Assembly (NCBI GenBank): GCA_902779565.1
Contig: CACZCD010000002.1
Coordinates: forward strand, 1,128-65,127
Length of the DNA: 64,000 nucleotides
Source: an uncultured bacterium
Lineage (GTDB): Bacteria; Verrucomicrobiota; Kiritimatiellia; RFP12; UBA1067
Reading direction: 5' to 3'
The notes beneath the pieces were generated by a model. The model saw nothing but the letters and a program-made list of their open reading frames with translations, did no database searches and had not been told where the DNA came from. This document shows positions 7,611-15,414 of the stretch, one piece after another. The translations under genes and the position numbers were made by a program. Positions within the stretch are counted from its first letter, which is position 1; every line of letters begins with the position of its first letter.

Positions 7611-9758
7611 ATGTCGCACACGCCACCCGCTTCAAACCGTGAATACCACCGGCAGATCGCCGATTCCCTCGCGGATTCGTTCCTCCGCCGGACGCTCGAC
7701 AAGTTCGCGGTGGAATACCGCGCCAGTCGCGACAAGGTCTTTTCCGAGGTCGCGGAGCGTGAACTGATCGGGCGGATCGCCGAGGTGAAGGATTCCGCCG
7801 CGAAGCATATTGAAGATCTCTACGCAAGGTTCAAGCAGGAGGCGGAACGGCGTGGCGCCGTCGTCCACCGCGCCGCCGATGCCGCCGAGGCCTGTGCAAT
7901 CATCGCGCAGATCGCGGCGGAGAACGGGGTGAAGCGCGTGGTGAAGTCCAAGTCCATGACGGCGGAAGAGGTCGGACTGAACGCGCATCTCAAAAAGAAC
8001 GGCATCGACATCTGCGAGACGGATCTCGGCGAATGGATCGTGCAGCTGCGCGGCGAAGGCCCCTCGCACATGGTGCTGCCGGCCATCCACCTTTCGCGCG
8101 ACCAGGTTGCGGACGAGTTCGAGAAGGCGACGGGCGAGAAGCAGGATCATGAGGACGTGCAGCGGCTCGTGAAGGTCGCACGGCGGGAGCTGAAGCCGAA
8201 GTTCCATGAAGCCGACATGGGTCTCTCCGGCGCGAACTTCTGCATCGCGGAGACGGGCACGCTCGCGATCGTCACGAACGAGGGTAACGGGCGGCTCGTC
8301 AACACGCTGCCGCGCGTCCATGTGGCGCTCGCGGGGCTTGACAAGCTGGTGCCGACGATCGATGACGCCTTGACGGCGCTTCAGGTGCTGCCGCGCAACG
8401 CCACGTCCCAGCGGATCACGGCGTACACCACGTTCATCGGCGGGGCGGGACCTTGCGCGAAAAGTCCAACGGGGCGCAAGATCCTCCATATCGTGCTGCT
8501 CGACAACGGGCGGACGAAGCTCGCCGCCGATCCGCTTTTCTCGCAGGTGTTCCGCTGCGTGCGTTGCGGGGCCTGCGCCAACGTCTGCCCCGTGTTCCGG
8601 ATGGTCGGCGGCCATCGGATGGGGCACATCTACGTGGGGGCCATCGGTCTCGTGCTGACCTATCTGTTCCACGACCGGAAGATCGCCAAGACGCTCTGCC
8701 AGAACTGCATTGGCTGCGGTTCTTGCAAAGCCGTCTGCTCCGGCGGCATTGATCTGCCCGCGCTCATCGGGGAGATACGCGCACGCTTTTCGCGCGAGGA
8801 TGGCGCGCCGCTTCCCGCGCGGCTTGCGTCCGTCGCGATGAAGAACCGGACTGTCTTTCATACGCTGCTGAAGTTCATGCGCTTCTCGCAACGCCCGGTC
8901 GCGGGGACGGATGGTTTCGTGCGCCATCTGCCGATGGCGCTCTTCGGCAAGCACGGCTTCAAGTCGCTGCCGGCGCTCGCGCCGAAATCGTTCCGCGAGC
9001 AGTGGCCGACGCTGGAACGCCGTCCGGCGCAACCGAAGATGAAGATCGCCCTTTTCGCCGGCTGTGCACAGGACTTCGTCTATCCGCAGCATCTCAAGGC
9101 GGCGATGAAGGTGTTCGCGGCGGCCGGCGTGGAGGTCGTGTTCCCGATGACGCAGACCTGCTGCGGTCTGCCGCTCTCGATGCTGGGCGAGACGGCGACG
9201 GCGAAGGAGGTGGCCCGTCAGAACATCGCGGCGTTCGCGGGCGACTGCGAATGTATCGTCACGCTCTGCGCCAGCTGCGCCTCGCATCTGAAGCATGGCT
9301 ATGTGCGCTTGCTGGGCGCCGAGGCGGAGGCGTTCGCCGCGAAGGTGATCGATTTCAGTTCGTTTGTTCACGACAAGCTTGGAAGGGATGTCCTTCGGCT
9401 TCAGCCGCGCCCGGAGAAGGTCGCCTACCATGCGAGTTGCCACCTTTGCCGCGAACTGGGGGTGAAGGAGGCTCCGCGCGAACTGATCCGACGAGCGGCG
9501 GAGTATGTCCCTTCGAAGGAGGAGGAGAGCTGCTGCGGTTTCGGCGGGACGTTCTCCGCCAAGTTCCCGGAAATCTCGGCGGAGCTGATGCGCAAGAAGC
9601 TGGAGAACGTGACCGCGTCCGGCGCGACGCGTCTTGTGTTGGACTGTCCGGGCTGCGCCATGCAGCTTGCGGGCGGTGCGGACCGTCAGAAGCTGAACCT
9701 TCGCGTCACGCACATCGCCGAACTTCTCGCCGATGCGCTTGCAATCGGTTTGGAATAA
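7611..9758 (+). CDS. lutBA: Fused lactate utilization proteins B and A (4Fe-4S ferredoxin-type LutB N-terminal half plus CCG-domain LutA C-terminal half)
   Basis: Two CxxCxxC(A)xxCP ferredoxin motifs (CVRCGACANVCPV, CIGCGSCKAVC), then a LutA-like region (KIALFAGCAQD...TCCGLP...CASC...CHLCRE...ESCCGFGG). Confidence 0.85.
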   Translation: MSHTPPASNREYHRQIADSLADSFLRRTLDKFAVEYRASRDKVFSEVAERELIGRIAEVKDSAAKHIEDLYARFKQEAERRGAVVHRAADAAEACAIIAQIAAENGVKRVVKSKSMTAEEVGLNAHLKKNGIDICETDLGEWIVQLRGEGPSHMVLPAIHLSRDQVADEFEKATGEKQDHEDVQRLVKVARRELKPKFHEADMGLSGANFCIAETGTLAIVTNEGNGRLVNTLPRVHVALAGLDKLVPTIDDALTALQVLPRNATSQRITAYTTFIGGAGPCAKSPTGRKILHIVLLDNGRTKLAADPLFSQVFRCVRCGACANVCPVFRMVGGHRMGHIYVGAIGLVLTYLFHDRKIAKTLCQNCIGCGSCKAVCSGGIDLPALIGEIRARFSREDGAPLPARLASVAMKNRTVFHTLLKFMRFSQRPVAGTDGFVRHLPMALFGKHGFKSLPALAPKSFREQWPTLERRPAQPKMKIALFAGCAQDFVYPQHLKAAMKVFAAAGVEVVFPMTQTCCGLPLSMLGETATAKEVARQNIAAFAGDCECIVTLCASCASHLKHGYVRLLGAEAEAFAAKVIDFSSFVHDKLGRDVLRLQPRPEKVAYHASCHLCRELGVKEAPRELIRRAAEYVPSKEEESCCGFGGTFSAKFPEISAELMRKKLENVTASGATRLVLDCPGCAMQLAGGADRQKLNLRVTHIAELLADALAIGLE

Positions 9759-9796
9759 AGATATAATTCGCGTCTGTTTTCACCACTCACAAGGAG

Positions 9797-10276
9797 ATGT
9801 CAATGAAGAAGATCTTGATCGCGGCGGTCATCGCGTTTGCCGCCGTTTCGCTCCGCGCCGATGCGGATGGCTATTTCATGCTGTCCGTATTCTCGCCGGG
9901 TCAGCTGCCCCCCGCGTCCTCTACCATCTATGGAGCCCGCCTCTCGCTCATCTATGGCGATTGCCATGAGCTTTACGGCGTGGACTTTGGTGCCACGGGT
10001 TCTGTCCGTGAGCGCATGAACGGTGCGCAGCTCAATCTGTTCTGGAACGGCGTCGGCACCGACATGGCGGGTTTCCAGTGTGGCGTAGCGAACACGGTTG
10101 AGGGCTATTTCGCCGGATTGCAGTTGGGTCTTGTGAATGTGGCCGATGAACTTTATGGCTGCCAGATCGGTCTTGTGAACGTGGCAACCCACCTCTATGG
10201 CTGCCAGATCGGTCTGCTGAACTTCGCCACGGATCGCGAGTGGACGTTCTGGCCGTTCATCAACATCGGCTGGTAA
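9797..10276 (+). CDS. Small secreted protein with G-x-Q-x-G-L-V/L-N repeats
   Basis: Signal peptide MSMKKILIAAVIAFAAVSLRA; repeats FAGLQLGLVNVA, YGCQIGLVNVA, YGCQIGLLNFA; stop is 1 nt before the glnS ATG. Confidence 0.5.
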   Translation: MSMKKILIAAVIAFAAVSLRADADGYFMLSVFSPGQLPPASSTIYGARLSLIYGDCHELYGVDFGATGSVRERMNGAQLNLFWNGVGTDMAGFQCGVANTVEGYFAGLQLGLVNVADELYGCQIGLVNVATHLYGCQIGLLNFATDREWTFWPFINIGW

Positions 10277-10277
10277 C

Positions 10278-12029
10278 ATGGAAGAGTCGGATACAAGCCG
10301 CCACTTTCTGCGCCAGTGGATTGAGGCGGATGTCGCGGCGGGCCGCACGGGCGGGAAGGTCGTCACGCGCTTCCCGCCGGAGCCCAACGGCTACATCCAC
10401 ATCGGGCACGCCAAGGCGATCTGCGTCGATTTCGGGATGGCGGAGCTGTTCGGCGGCGAATGCCATCTGCGGCTCGACGACACGAATCCGGCCAAGGAGT
10501 CGGACGAGTACGCCGAGAACATCAAGAACGACATCCGTTGGCTCGGTTTCCGCTGGTCGGGCGAGGGAGATTCCGGCGAGCCGGGGTTTTACAACGCGAG
10601 CAACATGTTCGACCGGATGTACGCCATCGCCGAGGAGCTGATCCGGCGCGGGCAGGCCTACTGCTGCAATCTCGGTCAGGAAGAGTGGAAGGACTATCGC
10701 GGCGTGCCGGAGAAGCCCGGCCGTCCGTCGCCGTCGCGCGACACCTCGCCCGAGCGCAACCTCCAGATCTTCCATGAGATGCGCGACGGAAAGTATGCCG
10801 ACGGCGAATGGTGCCTGCGCGCGAAGATTGACATGGCGTCGCCCAACATCCATTTCCGCGACCCTGTGCTGTACCGCATCCGCCATGTTTCGCACTATCA
10901 TCTTGGCGACAAGTGGTGCGTGTATCCGATGTATGATTTCGCGCATCCGATCGAAGATGCGCTTGAGGGCGTGACGCATTCGATGTGTACGCTTGAGTTC
11001 GAGGTGCACCGTCCGCTCTACGACTGGGTGGTGGACCGCCTGGACGAACAGGGTCTACTCGTCGTGCGCAACGGCGTGAAGATCCGTCCGCAACAGCGCG
11101 AGTTCGCGCGGCTCAACATTACCTGGACGGTGATGTCGAAGCGCCTTCTGTTGAAGCTTGTCGAGGAAGGCCACGTTGCCGGCTGGGACGATCCCCGCAT
11201 GCCGACGGTGTGTGGGATGCGTCGGCGCGGTTTCACGCCGGGCGCGATCCGCGAGTTCTGCGACCGCGTGGGCGTCTCGAAGATGGAGAGCGAGAGCGAT
11301 CCCGCGCTTCTGGAGTGGTGTGTGCGCGAGGAGCTGAACCGCACGGCGCCGCGCCGCATGGCGGTGCTGGATCCCGTCAAGCTTGTCATTGATAATTGGG
11401 GAACGGGGAATGGGGAACGGGGAACGGAGAACGGGGAACGGGGAACGCGGGAGGTGGAGCTTCCGAACAATCCGCTTGACGAATCGGCTGGGACGCGGCG
11501 GATTCCGTTCTCGCGCGAGATCTGGATTGACCGTGCGGACTTCATGGAGGTGCCGGAGAAGAAGTTCTTCCGTCTCGTGCCGGGCGGCGAAGTGCGCCTC
11601 CGCGGCGCGTGCATCGTGAAGTGCGTGTCGGTCGAGAAGGATGCCGAAGGGAAGATCGCGGCCCTCCACTGCACATGGGATGAGGGCTCCTGGGGCGGCA
11701 ACGCGCCGGACGGACGGAAAGTGAAGGGCACGATCCACTGGGTCGATTGCGCGACGGGCGTTCCGGCCGAGGTGCGTCTGTACGACCGGCTCTTCACGGA
11801 TCCTGATCCGCTGAAGGACGGGAGCGACAACTACCTGAAGTATCTCAACCCCGATTCGCTCCGGAAGGTGACCGCGTACGTCGAGCCGCTTTTAGGCGAG
11901 GCGAAGCCCGGCGAGGCGTTCCAGTTCGAGCGCACGGGCTACTTCTGCGCCGATGCCGGCGATTCGCAACCGGGCAAGCCCGTGTTCAACCGCACGGTGA
12001 CACTGAAAGATGGCTATAAGCCGAGCTAA
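10278..12029 (+). CDS. glnS: Glutaminyl-tRNA synthetase
   Basis: Class I HIGH motif (PEPNGYIHIGHAK), KMSKS-like VMSKR, collinear with E. coli GlnRS from memory, including a C-terminal FQFERTGYF. Confidence 0.9.
   Translation: MEESDTSRHFLRQWIEADVAAGRTGGKVVTRFPPEPNGYIHIGHAKAICVDFGMAELFGGECHLRLDDTNPAKESDEYAENIKNDIRWLGFRWSGEGDSGEPGFYNASNMFDRMYAIAEELIRRGQAYCCNLGQEEWKDYRGVPEKPGRPSPSRDTSPERNLQIFHEMRDGKYADGEWCLRAKIDMASPNIHFRDPVLYRIRHVSHYHLGDKWCVYPMYDFAHPIEDALEGVTHSMCTLEFEVHRPLYDWVVDRLDEQGLLVVRNGVKIRPQQREFARLNITWTVMSKRLLLKLVEEGHVAGWDDPRMPTVCGMRRRGFTPGAIREFCDRVGVSKMESESDPALLEWCVREELNRTAPRRMAVLDPVKLVIDNWGTGNGERGTENGERGTREVELPNNPLDESAGTRRIPFSREIWIDRADFMEVPEKKFFRLVPGGEVRLRGACIVKCVSVEKDAEGKIAALHCTWDEGSWGGNAPDGRKVKGTIHWVDCATGVPAEVRLYDRLFTDPDPLKDGSDNYLKYLNPDSLRKVTAYVEPLLGEAKPGEAFQFERTGYFCADAGDSQPGKPVFNRTVTLKDGYKPS
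11398..11451 (+). repeat. In-frame 9-bp tandem repeat (GGGGAACGG x~6) inside glnS, encoding GTGNGERGTENGERGT
   Basis: Direct read; replaces the short loop that reads YQGEGEMVT in E. coli GlnRS (from memory). Confidence 0.8.
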
Positions 12030-12708
12030 CGTTCCGTTCGCACGTCTGGATTTCGCGCGCAAGGCGCGGACCGGATTTGGCGAAACGGTGTTTGGCCCGG
12101 GCAAGACGCCCGAGCAGCTTGCTTCGATCTTTGCGGCTTTCGCTGAGAAGCGCCTGCCTGTCCTCGCGACACGCGTCACGCCCGAGCAGGCAGAGGCCGT
12201 CTTGGCGGCGGGCCTCAAGGCAAAATACCATCCGGTGGGACGTCTGCTGATCGCCGTGGGCGAAAAACCGCGCGCAGGGAATAAGCGGTTCCATCCAGTG
12301 CTGAAGGGAACAGTGGCGGTGCTGACGGGTGGCACGGCGGATATTCCCGTGGCGGAGGAATGTGCCGGCACGATTGAGTTCTTCGGTGGTCGTGCGGCGC
12401 GTTACTTCGATGTGGGCGTGGCGGGTCTCCATCGTCTTCTGAATGTGATCGACAAGGTACGCAAGGCGGATGTGGTTGTGGCGGTTGCCGGCATGGAAGG
12501 GGCGCTTCCGAGCGTCGTGTCGGGACTCGTCTCGGCGCCGGTGGTCGCGGTGCCCACCTCCGTCGGCTATGGCGCCGGCGCGGGCGGCGTGGCCGCTGCG
12601 CTCGCCATGCTCAACTCCTGCGCGGAGGGCGTGAGCGTGGTGAACATCGACAACGGTTTTGGCGCGGCGGTTGTCGCCTGCCGCATGCTCCGCCGCCTAA
12701 AGGCGTAG
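12010..12708 (+). CDS. larB: Nickel-pincer cofactor biosynthesis protein LarB (PurE-like carboxylase/hydrolase)
   Basis: PurE/AIR-carboxylase-like fold motif (AVLTGGTADIPVAEE...VVVAVAGMEGALPSVVSGL...PVVAVPTSVGYGAG); ~230 aa; overlaps the glnS 3' end by 20 nt. Confidence 0.75.
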   Translation: MAISRANVPFARLDFARKARTGFGETVFGPGKTPEQLASIFAAFAEKRLPVLATRVTPEQAEAVLAAGLKAKYHPVGRLLIAVGEKPRAGNKRFHPVLKGTVAVLTGGTADIPVAEECAGTIEFFGGRAARYFDVGVAGLHRLLNVIDKVRKADVVVAVAGMEGALPSVVSGLVSAPVVAVPTSVGYGAGAGGVAAALAMLNSCAEGVSVVNIDNGFGAAVVACRMLRRLKA

Positions 12709-12727
12709 GTGCGGTGGCGGGATTAAG

Positions 12728-13807
12728 ATGAGCAAGGCACAAGAAATTAGATCGTGGTTGTTGGATGAGATCAAGAAGGGGGCTTTTGAAAAGGATAGCC
12801 CTCTCCCTGGCGATCTTGAGTTGATGGACCGGTTTGGCGTATCGCGGGGAACCGTCAGGTTGGCTCTTTTCGAGCTTCAGCGTCAGGGACTCATCAAGCG
12901 CCGGCGCGGACTGGGGACGTTCCTTTCGCGGCAGGGCGTCCGGAAGTCTGGTGTGATAGGCTTGCTTTTCCCGGAGCTTGATACCTGCGAGTATTTCAAG
13001 GACATTGAACGTGAACTTGCATCCTACGGCAAGAGCCTGGGGTATGAGATCGATGTGCGGAAATGCGTCGTTGACAAGTCGCGTGATGTCGCCGCCAAAA
13101 TGCGCAAGGAGGCGCGTGCGTTGGTGGACAGAAACGTCGAGGGCGTCATCTTCCGCCCCCTGATCAACGAGAAGTACATGGAGGTCAACCAGGAGGTCGC
13201 CAAGCTTTTCCAGGAGGTCGAGAAGCCTGTTGTGCTCTTCGATTCGGATATTGACAAGAAGCCGCGCCGAAGCGCCTACGATATCGTGACGGTCAACAAC
13301 GTCGATGCTGGACGGTCGGTCGCGGACTATCTGATAGCAAGCGGGCGGAAGAGGATCGCCTTCAACATGGTCGATTGCGTGGAGGGGAAGAACGAGAATC
13401 TTGACAACCGCTTCTTCGGCGTGGCGGGGGAATGCGTCGTGCGGGGACTGTACGACGGCGTACGCCCTGTCACGATCGCCCCGTCGGATACTGAAGCGCT
13501 GAAGAAGCTGTTGCGTTCCCGTTGGCGTCCCGACGCGTTCGTATGCGTGAACGACGAGATTGCCGTCGGCCTTGTCCAGACGCTGAAAGGCCTTAGTGTG
13601 GGTGTTCCGAAGGATGTTGCCGTTGTCGGGTTTGACGACGTCAGCTGCGCACGGCTCTCCGTTCCACCGTTGACGACCGTGCGGCAGCCGAGCCGTCAGA
13701 TCGCGCAGACGCTCCTGAAGACGCTTTTGTTCCGCATGCGCAGCCCAGATGCGCCGCCCCAGGAGATCTATCTTGCGGCCCCGCTTGTCTGCCGCGGCAC
13801 GGCCTGA
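12728..13807 (+). CDS. GntR-family transcriptional regulator with periplasmic-binding-protein-like (LacI-type) sugar-binding domain
   Basis: N-terminal wHTH (LPGDLELMDRFGVSRGTVRLALFELQRQGLIKRRRGLGTFL) followed by a PBP1-like domain. Confidence 0.7.
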   Translation: MSKAQEIRSWLLDEIKKGAFEKDSPLPGDLELMDRFGVSRGTVRLALFELQRQGLIKRRRGLGTFLSRQGVRKSGVIGLLFPELDTCEYFKDIERELASYGKSLGYEIDVRKCVVDKSRDVAAKMRKEARALVDRNVEGVIFRPLINEKYMEVNQEVAKLFQEVEKPVVLFDSDIDKKPRRSAYDIVTVNNVDAGRSVADYLIASGRKRIAFNMVDCVEGKNENLDNRFFGVAGECVVRGLYDGVRPVTIAPSDTEALKKLLRSRWRPDAFVCVNDEIAVGLVQTLKGLSVGVPKDVAVVGFDDVSCARLSVPPLTTVRQPSRQIAQTLLKTLLFRMRSPDAPPQEIYLAAPLVCRGTA

Positions 13808-13850
13808 AAAAGAATTTCTTTGAAGGCACCGATCTAATGTCCTCGAATTA

Positions 13851-13868
13851 TGATATAATTCACACCCG
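13851..13868 (+). promoter_or_regulatory. Promoter motif TGATATAATTCACACCCG
   Basis: Family member of the recurrent promoter motif, 57 nt upstream of the DUF234 ATPase ATG. Confidence 0.5.
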
Positions 13869-13875
13869 AAACAAG

Positions 13876-13904
13876 CAGTTCCGAACTGTACGGTTCCGAA
13901 CTGT
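13876..13904 (+). promoter_or_regulatory. Two tandem copies of a palindromic site (CAGTTCcGAACTG; GTTCcGAACTG) in the leader of the ATPase gene
   Basis: Direct read: cagttccgaactgtacggttccgaactgt. Confidence 0.45.
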
Positions 13905-13924
13905 CTGTTTCAGAAAGGATTGCT

Positions 13925-15244
13925 ATGAAGTTTTTTGATCGGAAGAAGGAGATTGCAAAACTCCGGGCGATACGTGCCCGTTCCCGTTCCACCGCCTGCT
14001 TCACGGTCATCACGGGACGGCGGCGGATCGGCAAGACCGAACTGGTGAAGCAGGCGTTCGGCGACAGCCCCTACTTGTACCTCTATGTCGTTCGCTCTGC
14101 GGAGGCGGATCTCTGCGACGGATTTCGGCAGCGTGTTGAAGATTTCACCGGCAAAAGCATCCCTGGCAGGATTACCCGGTTCAGTTCCTTGTTTCGCTAC
14201 CTTCTTGAACTTGCCACAGAGCGTCCGCTGACTGTTGTCATTGACGAGTTTCAGGATTTCCTGAGGGTCAATCCCGCCATTTTCAGCGAGATGCAAAGGG
14301 ACTGGGATGAACTTGCGAGTGCGGCGAAGATCAATTTGGTTGTCATGGGCAGCGTCAATACCCTCATGAACAGGATATTCAAAGAGAAGAAGCAGCCATT
14401 GTACGGACACGAAACCGATCAGCTGACCGTGCGCCCGTTTGACATCTCTGTTCTCAAGGAGATTCTGGCGTTTCACCATCCAAAATACGGGCCTGACGAC
14501 CTGCTTGCGCTGTGGATGGTTACGGGCGGTGTGGCGAAGTACGTTGCCCTTCTTATGGATCGGCGCGCCTGTACGCGCGAAAAGATAATCGAAACCGTGG
14601 TTGAGGAGGATTCGTTTTTTCTCAACGAGGGCTGGGCGGTGCTGGTGGAGGAGTTCGGAAAGGAATACGGCTCGTACTTCTCCGTTTTGTCCGCAATTGC
14701 ACGCGGACGGACGTCCCGTGCGGCGATCATGAACGAAATTGGCGGGGAGGTTGGTGGATACCTGACGCGGCTGGAGGAGCAATACGAACTCATATCCAAG
14801 AAGCAGCCGATATTGGAGCCGACGTCCAACAAGAACTGCCGGTATTGGATCAATGACAACTTCTTCCGGTTCTGGTTCCGCTTCGTCTTCAAGTACCAAT
14901 ATCTCGTGCAGGTGCGGATGTTCGACGAGCTGCGGGGAATCGTCAATCGAGACTACGATGTCTTTTCCGGGTTGGCCCTTGAAGGGTATTTCCGCGCAAG
15001 GTTGATGGAAAACGGTGCCTATTCCCGGATGGGTGGCTGGTGGGATCGAAAGGGCGAAAGCGAGATCGATCTCGTGGGCGAGAACGAGTTCAAGAGGACT
15101 ATCGACTTTTATGAGGTGAAGCGCGATGCCTCCAAGATAGACCTGAAGGCGTTGGAACGCAAGGCGCAATCCTTCTTCTCCAAAAACCCTGAACGGCTGG
15201 CGTATCGTCCGGCGTTCAAAGCGCTTTCTCTCAAGGATATGTAA
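13925..15244 (+). CDS. ATP-binding protein of the Arch_ATPase/DUF234 family
   Basis: Walker A TGRRRIGKTEL; Walker B VVIDEFQDF; C-terminal DUF234-like region (...FFRFWFRFV...). Confidence 0.7.
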   Translation: MKFFDRKKEIAKLRAIRARSRSTACFTVITGRRRIGKTELVKQAFGDSPYLYLYVVRSAEADLCDGFRQRVEDFTGKSIPGRITRFSSLFRYLLELATERPLTVVIDEFQDFLRVNPAIFSEMQRDWDELASAAKINLVVMGSVNTLMNRIFKEKKQPLYGHETDQLTVRPFDISVLKEILAFHHPKYGPDDLLALWMVTGGVAKYVALLMDRRACTREKIIETVVEEDSFFLNEGWAVLVEEFGKEYGSYFSVLSAIARGRTSRAAIMNEIGGEVGGYLTRLEEQYELISKKQPILEPTSNKNCRYWINDNFFRFWFRFVFKYQYLVQVRMFDELRGIVNRDYDVFSGLALEGYFRARLMENGAYSRMGGWWDRKGESEIDLVGENEFKRTIDFYEVKRDASKIDLKALERKAQSFFSKNPERLAYRPAFKALSLKDM

Positions 15245-15414
15245 GACAGGATCTGTCGCTCATAGCGGGAAGATATGCAAATTCGCGCAAATGTATAGAC
15301 ATTTGTTGCGCCCGTCATTCCTATCTTGTACCATACGCGTTGTTCGGTCGGCTTGTAGGCTGTGCTGCCTGACGTTTCGGTCGGACATCAACGAAAAACA
15401 GGAAAGGAACGAAC

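Noticed and set aside
7632-9713. 693-aa minus-strand ORF
   Set aside because: Antisense to the lutB-lutA fusion (strong Fe-S/CCG motifs on the + strand); Arg/Ala-rich with no motifs.
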